Shown: positions 48,536 to 58,475, counted from the stretch's first letter. The stretch is 58,475 bases of DNA from Deltaproteobacteria bacterium (GCA_016792665.1 JAEUKJ010000179.1:1-58475); one strand, 5' to 3'. A program made the numbers and translations. The notes: a model not told the origin generated them from the sequence alone.

Positions 48536-50680
48536 TCATGGCGTCGGCACCAACTTCAACATGACGGACTTGCCGCTGGTCGTCGCGAGACGCTGCCGCA
48601 CAGGCTTGAAGCCGGCCCGCGACACCGAGATCTCGACGCCCGCCTCGCCATCCCACTCGACATAGAGCGGCGTTTCTCCGACAGACTGCCCGTGGACCGA
48701 GACCCGCGCGCCGACCGGATCGGAGTCCACCAACACGCGGTGCGTGGTCGCGGCCGCCTTCTTGACGAGGTCGGGGTCCTCGAGATCGGCCAGCGGATCG
48801 ACCGGCTTCTTGTCGTTCGGGTCCACTTTCGAGAGCGGCTCGACCTTGTCCAGCCGACTCGGCTCCTTGGCCTTCTCGACCACCGGCGCGGCTGCGGGCC
48901 GCATCGTGTCGGTCGCCACGGTGTCGGCGGTCGCGATTCTGGGCGCGGTGTCCGCAAGGACGCTGCCCGGGCCCGTATCGGTCGTAGCCTGCGCGACCGC
49001 GTCTACGGCACCGACCGCGCCGACCTCGACCGCATTGGTCGGGCTCGCTACCTCATGCACGGCGACACTCGCGTCGTGACCCGCGCGCCCCGTCGGCGCC
49101 TCGGCCTCGACCTCGCTCGTCGCGACGGTGCGCGGCAGGGTCGCGAACAAGATCGCCGCCGCGATCCCCGCGACCGCGACGCCCAGGACGAACCAGAGCA
49201 CCGGCGACCCACGCCGCTTCACCTCGATCTCGGGGTCCGACCACGCGCTCGCAGTGCGTCGCACCTCCTGGGACAAGACCGCGTTCGCACCCTCGCGCGC
49301 GCCGGCTCCAGACCCGCCGGTCGCGGGGCCGGCCCCTCGCGCCGGGCCGAGCGCACCGGAGTCCCCGCGCACGTCCGTCGGGCGTGGACCGGTGTGCGGG
49401 CCCGAGGGCGGCGTGGTCCTCACGTTCTCGCGCAGGCTCGGGCGCGGTCCGGTCCGCGGCCCCGAGCGCGGGCCCGGCGTGGCCCCTTGCGGTGGGGTCG
49501 TCTCGGGCGTCGCCGCCGCGGCTCCCGGGCCGGTCATGCGGCGCGGCTTGGTCGTCAGCTCGGGCACGCGCGGCGCGTTCGAGCGACCCGTCGTCGGCGC
49601 GACGCCATAGGGGTTGGTCGCGCGCTTGGTCGAGCGCGAAGTAGGGCCGCCGGCGCCCGCCGCCGGAGCCGCGAACTCGGCGGTCGTGGTCGGCATCGGG
49701 AGGATCGGCTGGACGCGCGCGAGCTCGAGCAGGTCGAGCGCCTTCTGGGCGCCGTCCGGTCGGTTCCACGGCTTCTTCTCGAGGCATCGCAGGACGAGGT
49801 CCACCAGCGGCCCCACCAGCACGCGCCCGTCGCGCTCGGGGGCCGGTGGCATCTTCACGCTGTGAGCCACCAGGAGGTCGCTCGGCGAGACCTCGGAGAA
49901 CGGCGGCTTGCCCGTCAGGAGCTCGTAGAGCAGGGCACCCGCCGAGTAGAGATCGCTGTGCCCCGAGACGCCGCGGCCGCGCGCCTGCTCGGGCGCCATG
50001 GTGCGCCACGCCGCCGACAGCGCCTGCGGAAAGACGAAGGGGGTCGCGTCGTCGTCGGCCAGGACGCGCACGAGCCCGAAGTTCTCGATCTTGATGGACT
50101 CGCCACCGCCTGCCCGCGTGAGCAGGATCACGTTGTGGAGGCCGAGGCTGCGATGCAGCACCCCGTGCGTGTGTGCCTCCAGCAGGGCGTCGAAGAGCTC
50201 CTTGGCGATGGCGACCAGGCGCCCCGGGTCGAAGGGGCCTCCGCGCGTCAGGACCTCGGCGAGGGTCGGGCCGGCGACGAGCTCTTGCGCGATGAAAAGC
50301 GTGCCGTCCTCGGCGACCCCGTGCTCCATGACGCGCACGATGTTGGGGTGCGCCAGCGAGGCGACAAGGCGCCCCTCGCGCTGGAAGCGCGCGATGAGCC
50401 CGAGGTCGGTCGCGATCGACGGCGCCAGGAGGCGCACCGCGATCGGCGTGTTCAGGCGCAGATCGGTCGCGCGATAGGCCGTGCCGAGCGTGCTCTTGCC
50501 GAGCACCTGGTCCAAGCGATAGCGCCCCGCGAGGACCTCGCCTTCGCGGGTACCGGGGTCGCGCCCGAGGTAGCGGGCGCGCTCGACCGTGGCATAACCG
50601 TCGCTCTTGCAGAACGGCGCCTGCGTCTCGGTCCCACATTGAGGGCAGATGCGCGTGACCATGGGACCGGGAGGATACAT
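48536..50680 (-). CDS. Membrane Ser/Thr pseudokinase with N-terminal Cys motif and C-terminal PEGA domain
   Basis: Kinase fold (HPNIV, MAPEQ, SDLYSAG) but IAVR, HRS and NFG replace VAIK, HRD and DFG. Confidence 0.85.
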   Translation of the reverse strand: MYPPGPMVTRICPQCGTETQAPFCKSDGYATVERARYLGRDPGTREGEVLAGRYRLDQVLGKSTLGTAYRATDLRLNTPIAVRLLAPSIATDLGLIARFQREGRLVASLAHPNIVRVMEHGVAEDGTLFIAQELVAGPTLAEVLTRGGPFDPGRLVAIAKELFDALLEAHTHGVLHRSLGLHNVILLTRAGGGESIKIENFGLVRVLADDDATPFVFPQALSAAWRTMAPEQARGRGVSGHSDLYSAGALLYELLTGKPPFSEVSPSDLLVAHSVKMPPAPERDGRVLVGPLVDLVLRCLEKKPWNRPDGAQKALDLLELARVQPILPMPTTTAEFAAPAAGAGGPTSRSTKRATNPYGVAPTTGRSNAPRVPELTTKPRRMTGPGAAAATPETTPPQGATPGPRSGPRTGPRPSLRENVRTTPPSGPHTGPRPTDVRGDSGALGPARGAGPATGGSGAGAREGANAVLSQEVRRTASAWSDPEIEVKRRGSPVLWFVLGVAVAGIAAAILFATLPRTVATSEVEAEAPTGRAGHDASVAVHEVASPTNAVEVGAVGAVDAVAQATTDTGPGSVLADTAPRIATADTVATDTMRPAAAPVVEKAKEPSRLDKVEPLSKVDPNDKKPVDPLADLEDPDLVKKAAATTHRVLVDSDPVGARVSVHGQSVGETPLYVEWDGEAGVEISVSRAGFKPVRQRLATTSGKSVMLKLVPTP

Positions 50681-50772
50681 GCTCGGCCGCTCCTACGGAA
50701 GCGCTGCGGCGGCGGCAACCGCACGCGGCGAAGCCCCCGGAGCGGGCCCAGAGCACGGACCCGAACGCCCTC

Positions 50773-51561
50773 CTAGAGCGAGAGACGCTTGAAGCCTGCC
50801 TCGGGGATGGCCTTGATGACCCCCATCACGCCGCGCCAGAAGGGCGGCCAATAGAGGTCGTCGCGGCGCGCCTCCATCGCTTCGAGGACCGCGTGCGAGG
50901 CGGCCTCGGGCGAGGCGATGGGGATCTTGGTCGCGAGCCCCCAGGTCATGCGCGTGTCGATGAAGCCGAGCTTCGCGGTCATGACGTGCACGCCCTTCGA
51001 GAACACGCGGTTCCGGAGCCCTTGCAGGTAGAGCGCGAGGGCACCCTTGGCGCTGCCATAGGCATAGTTCGACTGGCGCCCGCGATCACCGGCGACCGAT
51101 CCCAGTGCCGCGATGATCCCGCGCCCGCGCGCCGCCATCTGGTCGGCCACCAACTCGGCCAGCGACGCGGCCCCGAGGTAGTTCACCTCGACGATGCGGC
51201 GCAGCATCTGCGGGTCGCGGCGCCCGTCATCGCCCATGTCGCCGAAGGCGATGACCATGCGCTCGATGGGGCCGACCGCCGCCTCGATGCTGCTGACCAG
51301 GGCTGCGTGGGTCTCGACCGCGCGCGCATCGAAGCCGCCCGAGATCGCCACGACCCGGGTGCGCACCGCGATGTCCTTGGCGATGCGCTCGGCCTCGGCC
51401 TGGTCCCGCGCCCCGACCCACACCGGATGTCCGCGCTCGGCAAAGCGCAAGGCAAGCTCGCGCCCCACCCGCGAGGTCACGCCGAAGACCACCGCCGCAC
51501 CTCGCACCGCCCCCTCCACGCCGCTTCGCGGCTGCTCGTTGCCTCCCTCACCGCGCTCCAT
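50773..51561 (-). CDS. SDR oxidoreductase, DprE2-like
   Basis: GVTSRVG, SVAGDRGRQSNYAYGSAK, GFIDTRMT; start overlaps the dprE1-like stop. Confidence 0.88.
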   Translation of the reverse strand: MERGEGGNEQPRSGVEGAVRGAAVVFGVTSRVGRELALRFAERGHPVWVGARDQAEAERIAKDIAVRTRVVAISGGFDARAVETHAALVSSIEAAVGPIERMVIAFGDMGDDGRRDPQMLRRIVEVNYLGAASLAELVADQMAARGRGIIAALGSVAGDRGRQSNYAYGSAKGALALYLQGLRNRVFSKGVHVMTAKLGFIDTRMTWGLATKIPIASPEAASHAVLEAMEARRDDLYWPPFWRGVMGVIKAIPEAGFKRLSL

Positions 51562-52937
51562 CACGAACGTCCTCCGGGCGTCACCAGGCCGAGCCTCTCG
51601 CCCATCGTCGATCGGAAGACCCCCTTCGGGTCGACCGCGTCGCGAGCCGCCTTCCATGCCTCCCACTCGGGGTACATGCGCTGGAAAGATTCGCGCGACA
51701 CCCGCGCATCCTTGCCGAGATAGACGCGTCCCCCCGCCTCGACGGTGATCGCGTCCAGCCGCTCGAGCAGCTCGAGCAGCGGCGCCCCGTGGTTCGGGAA
51801 GTCGAGGGCCAGCGTCACGCCCGGCGTCGGGAACGACAGCCAGCCGTTGTCGGTGGGCCCGAACTCTTTGATCACAGCCAGGAAACTGCCGAAGCCCGAG
51901 CGCGTGATGGCACCCAGGATCTCGCGCAGGGGCCGCTGGTCGGGCGTCTTCGGCAGGACCATCTGGTACTGCAGGAAGCCGCGCTTGCCGTAGATCCGGT
52001 TCCAGTGGCGCACCGCGTCCAGCGGATAGAAGAACGGCTCGTAGTGGACGATGCTGTTCTTCTGGCCGCGCGGGTGCTTGCGGAAGTAGACCTCGTTGAA
52101 GGCCTTTACGGTCGCCTGGTTCAAGAGCCAGCCGGGCCCGTCGATGGGCACGTCCAGGAGGCGGTCGGCCGCGTCGACGACCCGGCCGAGGAGGCTCTTC
52201 TTCGCCTCGATCCCCTGCGGGGCGTGGCGCCCGCGCATGAAGATGCCGCGCCCCATCGCCTTGCCGGTCGTGACGCAGTCGATCCAGCCGACCGTGTGCG
52301 TGAAGCCCGTGCTCTCGGCCGAGACCGCGAAGAAGTGGTCGAGGTCCTCGACCCGCACCGACTCCATCTCGATCCAGGGCCCGGCCACGGGCGTGAGACG
52401 CAGCTCGACGGAGAGCACGACGCCGGTCAGGCCGAGCCCGCCGACGGTCGCCTTCCACAGCTCGGGGTGGGTCTCCTTGCGGACCTCGAGGACCTCGCCA
52501 CTGGCCGTCAGCAGCTCGAAGCTCCGCACGTGGTTCGAGAAGCTGCCATCGACGTGGTGGTTCTTGCCGTGCACGTCGCAGGCGAGGGCGCCACCCAGCG
52601 TCACGAACTTCGTGCCCGGCGTGATCGGCAGGAAGAAGCCGCGCGGCACGAACACGCGCAAGACCTCCTCCAGCGAGACCCCGGCCTCGGCCTTCAGCCA
52701 GCCGGTCGCGGGGTCGAAGGCCAGGAACCGATCCAAGCGGGTCGTCATCACGACGTGCCCCGAGTGCAGCGCCGTGTCGCCATAGCTGCGCCCGAGGCCG
52801 TACGCCAGGAGGCCGTCCCCCTGGCTGTCGCCAACGGCCTTCACCATGTCGGCGCGCGTCTCGGGGCGGGCGACCTCGGCCGAGATGACCGGCCACCGAC
52901 CCCACCCTTCCATGTCGCGTTTCACCCAGTCAGCCAC
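51561..52937 (-). CDS. FAD-linked oxidase, DprE1-like (decaprenylphosphoryl-ribose 2'-oxidase family)
   Basis: GLGRSYGD, PGTKFVTLGG...DVHGKNHH, FFYPLD..WNRIYG..GFLQYQ, GGRVYLGKD. Confidence 0.9.
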   Translation of the reverse strand: MADWVKRDMEGWGRWPVISAEVARPETRADMVKAVGDSQGDGLLAYGLGRSYGDTALHSGHVVMTTRLDRFLAFDPATGWLKAEAGVSLEEVLRVFVPRGFFLPITPGTKFVTLGGALACDVHGKNHHVDGSFSNHVRSFELLTASGEVLEVRKETHPELWKATVGGLGLTGVVLSVELRLTPVAGPWIEMESVRVEDLDHFFAVSAESTGFTHTVGWIDCVTTGKAMGRGIFMRGRHAPQGIEAKKSLLGRVVDAADRLLDVPIDGPGWLLNQATVKAFNEVYFRKHPRGQKNSIVHYEPFFYPLDAVRHWNRIYGKRGFLQYQMVLPKTPDQRPLREILGAITRSGFGSFLAVIKEFGPTDNGWLSFPTPGVTLALDFPNHGAPLLELLERLDAITVEAGGRVYLGKDARVSRESFQRMYPEWEAWKAARDAVDPKGVFRSTMGERLGLVTPGGRS

Positions 52938-53021
52938 GTCAGGCTCCTTTGCGCGCGGGCAAGCTGCCCGACCATGGCGACCGCTTCAACGCAATTCTGT
53001 TCGCCCGCGGCCCGGTCGGCC

Positions 53022-54863
53022 TCAACCGGCCGCGCGCAGGACGAGGCCCGGGACCCAGCGCTCGAGGGCGCGCGACAGCGCCTCGGACGCGATCGGCTTC
53101 GGCAGGTAGTCGTCCATGCCCGCGGCGCGGCACTCGTCGATGATCCCCGGCATCACGTTCGCGGTCATCGCGATGATCGGCGTGTGGCGGCCGACGATGC
53201 GCTCCAGAGCGCGGATCTCGCGCGCCGCCTGGAAGCCGTCGACGTCGGGCATGTGACAGTCCATGAAGACCACTGCATACGGCACGAGCTGCATAGCGTG
53301 CACCGCTTCGGCCCCGTTGCCGGCCACGTCGGCCTGGCATCCGAGGCGCTCCAGGAGGCGCGTCGCGACGAGCTGGTTCACGGGGTTGTCCTCGGCCACG
53401 AGCACCCGCGGGCGTCCCATGTCGGCCGCGACCGCCATCATCTGCACAGTCCCCTCGACCCGCGTCGGGACGGCGGTGCGCGCGCTCTCGACCGGCGTCA
53501 CGAGGTTCGTGATGCGGCGCTTGAGCGTCTCCTCGCGCATGGGCTTGGGCAGGTATCCACCGGCGCCGACGGCGCGCACGACCGTGTCCCCGGTGCGCTG
53601 GGTGAGGTGCCCATAGAGGAGCACCGGGATCGAGCCGCACAGACGCACGACCTCGGCGGCCAGCTTGGCCTCGCCGCGCTCGAGGTTGCGCGTGTTCATG
53701 AGGACCAGGCGCGCGTGGATCGCCTCGCGCCCGAAGAAGTGCTGGTGCTCGTCGCTAAGCGCTTCGGGGTCTTCGGGCAGCACGTGGCACTCGACCTTGA
53801 AGCCCAGGTTCAGGAGTCGCTCGGCGACGATCTCGGCGCTGATCGGATCGGGGTCGAAGACCAGGGCCAGCCCCGCCGCAGACGGCGGCACCTGCACGAC
53901 CGGCGCGCCCGCGACCGGCTCGAGGTCGATCGTGAAGCGAAAGGTCGAGCCCTTGCCGATGACGCTCTCGAGGTCGATGACGCCTCCCATGCTCTCGACG
54001 AGGCGCTTCGAGATGGCGAGGCCGAGCCCGGTGCCGCCGAAGCGACGGCGCGAGGTGCCGTCGACCTGCGAGAACGGCCTGAACAATGCGCGACGACCGG
54101 CCTCGTCGATGCCGAGCCCGGTGTCCGAGACCCGGAACTCGAGCTTGGCGCCGTCGGGGCGAACCGTGACGATGACCCCGCCGGTCTCGGTGAACTTCAC
54201 GGCGTTGTCGATGAGGTTCAGGAGGACCTGGCGCAGGCGGCCCGCGTCGCCGCGCACCCGCGAAGGCGTCCCGGCGTGCGCGACGTAGCCGAGCTCGATG
54301 CGCTTCTCGGTGGCGCGCGGGGCGGCCAGATCGATGACCTCTTCTATGACCTGGCGCAGCTCGAAGTCGGCGGCCTCCATCTCGAGGTGTCCGGCCTCGA
54401 TCTTCGAGTACGACAGGATGTCGTTGACGATGCGCAAGAGCGCCTGGGCCGAGGTCCGGATGGTGGTCGCGGCCTCGCGCTGCTCGGCGTCGAGGTCGGA
54501 CTCGAGGAGGAGACCGCTCATCCCGATGACGCCGTTGAGCGGGGTCCGGATCTCGTGGCTCACGGTCGCCAGGAACTCGCTCTTGGCCCGCTCCTCGGCC
54601 GAGGGCACCGCCACCTCGGGCGCGGGAGGAGCCGGCGACGAGGCTGCTGCGGGCACCGGATGAGGCGCGCCCGACGACGCGGGCCGGCGCGTGAGCCACC
54701 ACGCCAACGGCAATACCAGCGCCGCGAGCCCCAGGACGAGGGCATCGGGCGGGTCGAAGGCGACCGTCAGGACGGCCAGCGCGACCCCGATGAAAGCGAG
54801 GATCCAGGCCGCGCGAGGGTCGGCCGCGCCGCGCGCGGGGCGCGATGTGGAGTCGGTTTCCAA
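53022..54863 (-). CDS. Hybrid histidine kinase/response regulator
   Basis: SHEIRTP H-box, N box NAVKFT, G boxes DTGLG and GGTGLG, degenerate receiver, then intact receiver (EDN, MDC, KP). Confidence 0.93.
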   Translation of the reverse strand: METDSTSRPARGAADPRAAWILAFIGVALAVLTVAFDPPDALVLGLAALVLPLAWWLTRRPASSGAPHPVPAAASSPAPPAPEVAVPSAEERAKSEFLATVSHEIRTPLNGVIGMSGLLLESDLDAEQREAATTIRTSAQALLRIVNDILSYSKIEAGHLEMEAADFELRQVIEEVIDLAAPRATEKRIELGYVAHAGTPSRVRGDAGRLRQVLLNLIDNAVKFTETGGVIVTVRPDGAKLEFRVSDTGLGIDEAGRRALFRPFSQVDGTSRRRFGGTGLGLAISKRLVESMGGVIDLESVIGKGSTFRFTIDLEPVAGAPVVQVPPSAAGLALVFDPDPISAEIVAERLLNLGFKVECHVLPEDPEALSDEHQHFFGREAIHARLVLMNTRNLERGEAKLAAEVVRLCGSIPVLLYGHLTQRTGDTVVRAVGAGGYLPKPMREETLKRRITNLVTPVESARTAVPTRVEGTVQMMAVAADMGRPRVLVAEDNPVNQLVATRLLERLGCQADVAGNGAEAVHAMQLVPYAVVFMDCHMPDVDGFQAAREIRALERIVGRHTPIIAMTANVMPGIIDECRAAGMDDYLPKPIASEALSRALERWVPGLVLRAAG

Positions 54864-54947
54864 CCGTGATGAGCTCCCGAGACGCCTTGCATGATAGCCG
54901 AATCGGCACGATCGTCACGTGCACTTCTGATGTCGCGAGGTTTCGAC

Positions 54948-55640
54948 ATGCGCCCCGGTGCTCTCCTCATCGCCGTGTTCCTCGCTACCACGCTCGGCTG
55001 CGGCTCGAGTGGCGGCGCGACCTGCCCCGACAAGGACCCGCTGTCGGCGCCCGATCCGAAGCCCTGCCCGATCTGTCCGGTGGTGCGGCCCGCACAGGCA
55101 CCGACCAAGATCGGGGCCGAGACCTTGAAGCGCGATCGCGAGCGCCACTTCGCACTCATCGCCATGGCGGCCGACGGCGCGAGCGCGTTGGTGCGCCTCG
55201 ATGATGCGGCGGCCGGGGCCTTCTACCAGCTCGTCGATCTCAACGTGACGCCCGTGCCCAAGCTCATCAAGAGCTGGCGCCTCGAGGACGTCGGCGAGAA
55301 AGACGCCCTGAAGGCCGCCACCAAGGCCATGAAGGTCGTGGCTCCGGGGCCGCCCTCCCAGCGCAACGCGGCAGACATCGCGCTGCTCGCCGCCGACGAC
55401 GGCGCCGAGGTCACCGTCCTGGCCATGAAGGGCGAGCGGGCCGTGCCGATCGCCACACTACCGCGCCTCACCGACGAGGACGGCGGGCTCTCCGACGTGA
55501 GCATCATCAAGCTCGCCTGGGACCCGACCGGCACGCGCGCGATCATCATCCATCGCCAGAAGAGCGCGGGCCCACCGGCGCTCACGACCGAGTGGCTCCA
55601 TGTGGTGCCGGTCGCGAAGGACGCGCTTCCGTTCGACTGA
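54948..55640 (+). CDS. Hypothetical lipoprotein
   Basis: GAGG RBS; TLGC lipobox. Confidence 0.75.
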   Translation: MRPGALLIAVFLATTLGCGSSGGATCPDKDPLSAPDPKPCPICPVVRPAQAPTKIGAETLKRDRERHFALIAMAADGASALVRLDDAAAGAFYQLVDLNVTPVPKLIKSWRLEDVGEKDALKAATKAMKVVAPGPPSQRNAADIALLAADDGAEVTVLAMKGERAVPIATLPRLTDEDGGLSDVSIIKLAWDPTGTRAIIIHRQKSAGPPALTTEWLHVVPVAKDALPFD

Positions 55641-55842
55641 GCTCGGCCTCGCCCTCAGACGGCCTCGCGCCTTGCGCGCCTGCGACCGCCTCGACCCACC
55701 CGAGCTCGACCCACGCGGCCTCCAGAGCCGCGAGCAACCGTCGTGCCTCGTTCCAGTGCAGAGGCCGCTCGATCGACATGCGCGCCCTCAGGTGGGCGAG
55801 GTTCTCCGGCACGATCGGGAGCGCGGTGAGTGGCGGCGTCAT
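55582..55842 (-). CDS. Small hypothetical protein
   Basis: ATG start and protein-like helical composition; tail overlaps the convergent gene. Confidence 0.45.
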   Translation of the reverse strand: MTPPLTALPIVPENLAHLRARMSIERPLHWNEARRLLAALEAAWVELGWVEAVAGAQGARPSEGEAELSRTEARPSRPAPHGATRS

Positions 55843-55895
55843 ACTGCTCGCATGTTCAGGTGTCGCGTAGCGCCGCGCAAGCCTAAAGTGCGCCG

Positions 55896-56792
55896 ATGGA
55901 TCGCCGCGCGACGTTGCTCGTCACCTGTCCCGATCGTCCCGGCATCGTCGCGACGGTCACCACCTTCCTCTATCACCACGGGGTCAACATCCTGCGGCTG
56001 GACCAGCACTCGACGGGCAGCCTGGCGAAGCCTGGTCTCGATCTCCCTTCACGCCCCGACAGTCTGGCCTCGCCCGGCACCTTCTTCATGCGCATCGAGT
56101 TCGAGACGCCGCCCGTCGAGGGCGCGCGCCCCGCGTTGGAGGCGGCCTTCAAGGCCGTCGTCGCCGAGCGCCTGGACATGTGGTTCTCGCTCGCCTGGGC
56201 CCGCGACCTCCGCCGCGTCGCGGTCCTCGTCAGCAAGCACGACCACGCCCTGGTCGAGCTCTTGTGGCGCTGGCGCCAGGGTGAGCTGCCGTGCGAGATG
56301 CACGCCATCATCTCGAACCACGAGGTCGCGCGCCGCGCCGCCAAAGACTTCGAGCTGCCCTTCCACGTCGTCGACTCGAGCGACAAGGCGCGCGCCGAGG
56401 CCGAGCTCGAGCGCCTCCTGGACGGCGTCGATCTGGTCGTGCTCGCGCGCTACATGCAGATCCTCTCGCCGGCCTTCGTCGAGAAATTCCACCATCGAAT
56501 CATCAACATCCACCACTCGTTCCTGCCCGCCTTCGTCGGCGCGCGGCCGTATCACCAGGCCCACGAACGCGGCGTGAAGCTCATCGGCGCGACCGCGCAC
56601 TACGTGACCTCCGAGCTCGATCAGGGCCCGATCATCGAGCAGGATGTCATCCGCGTGAGCCATCGCCAGGACGCTGCCTCGCTCGTGTCCCTCGGCCGCG
56701 ACATCGAGCGCCAGGTCCTCGCCCGCGCCGTGCGCTGGCACCTCGAACACCGCGTGCTGGTCCACGAGGGCCGCACCGTCGTCTTCAACTGA
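55896..56792 (+). CDS. purU: Formyltetrahydrofolate deformylase
   Basis: CPDRPGIV ACT domain, LARYMQIL, INIHHSFLP, GVKLIGATAH, LDQGPIIEQ. Confidence 0.96.
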   Translation: MDRRATLLVTCPDRPGIVATVTTFLYHHGVNILRLDQHSTGSLAKPGLDLPSRPDSLASPGTFFMRIEFETPPVEGARPALEAAFKAVVAERLDMWFSLAWARDLRRVAVLVSKHDHALVELLWRWRQGELPCEMHAIISNHEVARRAAKDFELPFHVVDSSDKARAEAELERLLDGVDLVVLARYMQILSPAFVEKFHHRIINIHHSFLPAFVGARPYHQAHERGVKLIGATAHYVTSELDQGPIIEQDVIRVSHRQDAASLVSLGRDIERQVLARAVRWHLEHRVLVHEGRTVVFN

Positions 56793-57426
56793 CCTCGGCC
56801 GGCTCGTCAGCACGCAGAGCAGCGGCGCGCACGACGAGCGCGAGGTCGGTCTCGAGGACCCGCACGACCTCGATTTCCAAGCCCCTGGCGGCGAGCCACG
56901 GAACCTCCCCGAGCCTCACGCCTCCCAGCGCCGGCTCGCGGCGTCGGATCGGATCGGCCTCGAGGCGATCCTGATCCAAGAGCACCACCACCCCGACGCG
57001 CCGCGCAGCCCCCGCGACCCGCTCCAGCAGCGCCCGCACGCGCCCGAAGCGGACCCCATCGTCGCGCAGCGAACGGCCATCGACCAACACGCCGACGGCC
57101 GCGACCACCTCGGCCTCGGGCAGCGCCTCGACCATGAAGTCCGCGCACCGCAGCGCGACCTCGGGCTGCATCGCGCGGCCGCGCTCGAACAAGCGCGGGT
57201 CCCGCTCGATCCCGAGGTAGCGGACCTCGACCCGCGCAGCCAGGTAGCGCCCGAGCGCGCCGAGCCCAGCGCCCAGGTCGAGCACGCGGTCGCCCTCGCG
57301 GACGTAGCGTGCGACCGCCTCGAAGCGCGCCGCCTGGCGCGTCGCGTCCTCCCAGCCGACCGCGCGCGCGGGGTCGCTGTGCCCGTGGAGCTCGCCGTAG
57401 TAGTCCTCGGCCTCGCCGCTCGCCAT
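56785..57426 (-). CDS. Class I SAM-dependent methyltransferase
   Basis: AVGW...Q..RF, VLDLGAGLG, YLGIE. Confidence 0.82.
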   Translation of the reverse strand: MASGEAEDYYGELHGHSDPARAVGWEDATRQAARFEAVARYVREGDRVLDLGAGLGALGRYLAARVEVRYLGIERDPRLFERGRAMQPEVALRCADFMVEALPEAEVVAAVGVLVDGRSLRDDGVRFGRVRALLERVAGAARRVGVVVLLDQDRLEADPIRRREPALGGVRLGEVPWLAARGLEIEVVRVLETDLALVVRAAALRADEPAEVS

Positions 57427-57466
57427 GCTGCCCTCGCCGCCCGGGCGAAAAAGTTTTCACGCCTCG

Positions 57467-57494
57467 GGAACCTAATCCGTTACCGAATCGTCTA
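57467..57494 (+). promoter_or_regulatory. RpoE-like ECF promoter GGAACC-N16-CGTCTA
   Basis: Classic GGAAC/CGTC bipartite motif about 33 bp upstream of ATG 57527. Confidence 0.55.
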
Positions 57495-57526
57495 TAACGC
57501 GTTCGACCGCCACGGAGACTCCCCAG

Positions 57527-58192
57527 ATGAAGCAGCCGAAGATTGCGACCCTGTCCAAGCTCGTGACCCGCCTCGCCCTCGCGGGGGCCTGCGCCATCGT
57601 GCCGGTGGCCGCCATGCCGAGCACGTCGCTCGCCTGCGGCAACAGCTATCGCTACGAGCTCGACCCGAAGACCCAGATGGTCGTGAAGGCCGAGGAGGCG
57701 CTGCAGGAAGGAGACTACGCGCAGGCCTGGAAGCTGGCCACCGGCGCCACCGGGTCCGTCGGGCAGAAGGTCGAAGGCCAGGCCAACCCCTCCGAGATCG
57801 GGGCGCTCCGCGGCCGCACCCTGCGCGTCACCGCCATCGTCGCGGTGCGCACCCGCGGCAAGGTCACCGCGTCCGCCGACGCCGCGACCCAGGCCAGCTA
57901 CACCAAGTGGGCCGTCGACCAGCTGAAGATCCTCGTCCAGCGCGAGGCCGGGAACCCGTACCTCCAGGCGCGTCTCGCCGAGGGGCTCGCGCTCGGCCAG
58001 GACGGCGAGGCCGAGGCCCTGAAGATCCTGAAGAACCTGGCGGACAACGACATGATGCCGGACGCGGCCGCCTGGCTCCTCTACGCGAAGCTCTCGAAGG
58101 ACGCGAAAGAGCAGGACCGCGGGCTCGGCCAGTGCAAGCTGCGCGCGAACGACCCGACGATCTGCAAGCTCGAGGCGCCGGGCAAGATCTGA
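57527..58192 (+). CDS. Secreted helical (TPR-like) protein
   Basis: GGAG RBS; signal peptide ending SLA-CGN. Confidence 0.8.
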   Translation: MKQPKIATLSKLVTRLALAGACAIVPVAAMPSTSLACGNSYRYELDPKTQMVVKAEEALQEGDYAQAWKLATGATGSVGQKVEGQANPSEIGALRGRTLRVTAIVAVRTRGKVTASADAATQASYTKWAVDQLKILVQREAGNPYLQARLAEGLALGQDGEAEALKILKNLADNDMMPDAAAWLLYAKLSKDAKEQDRGLGQCKLRANDPTICKLEAPGKI

Positions 58193-58475
58193 TGCGCTGG
58201 CTCTCGCGTCGCCGCCCCGTCTTCGCGCTCACCGCCGCGCTCGTGGCGGTGGTCGCGTGGACCGCGTCGCGCGCCGAGCCGCCCGTCCCAACCGAGCCGC
58301 CCCCGTCGATCCCCGAGCCGCCTCAGAGTCGCATGACGGGTCCCGCCGGCATCGAAGGGCTCGACGGCGCGGCGCTCGTGAAGCACTTCGAGTGCAACCG
58401 CTGCCACGAGGGCGATCGGCTCGAGCGCCCCACCGCAGACAAGGCCTGCGTCGGCTGCCACGCCGCCATCCACGC
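58192..58475 (+). CDS. Multi-heme c-type cytochrome, 5' part (runs off the window; not in ORF track)
   Basis: TGATG overlap; my translation is MRWLSRRRPVFAL...ECNRCH...ACVGCHAAIH, with two CxxCH motifs. Confidence 0.8.
   Translation, partial: MRWLSRRRPVFALTAALVAVVAWTASRAEPPVPTEPPPSIPEPPQSRMTGPAGIEGLDGAALVKHFECNRCHEGDRLERPTADKACVGCHAAIH

Overview
A very GC-rich, gene-dense bacterial chromosome segment. Its gene content suggests Myxococcota (Hanks kinases with PEGA domains, a MYXO-CTERM-like tail, many lipoproteins with Asp/Thr-rich linkers); this is inference, not a database result. About 49 genes are supported. Housekeeping and recognisable genes include a double-length uvrA with an upstream LexA-like box, coaE, a stand-alone Cys-free rpsD, dusA, purU, a yigZ-like gene, a dprE1/dprE2-like pair, a CDF metal exporter and a HlyD/ABC/TetR efflux operon. 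No rRNA, tRNA, CRISPR array or transposase was seen. The most interesting candidate system is at 33.4-38.5 kb: an ECF sigma, a zinc-binding membrane anti-sigma, an exported caspase-family protease with a probable outer-membrane beta-barrel and a lipoprotein, all translationally coupled. The same bipartite motif (GTGTCCAC-N13-CGGGTC) lies upstream of the sigma gene and upstream of the next large lipoprotein gene, suggesting caspase-mediated trans-envelope signalling with a visible target promoter. Other candidates are a tailspike-like lipoprotein, a ResB-like/membrane/DUF1287 operon with apparently lost catalytic residues, an AAC4-like lipoprotein, a triple-dead pseudokinase and a frameshifted K+ channel gene. 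All family calls are from motif recognition by eye, without database searches.
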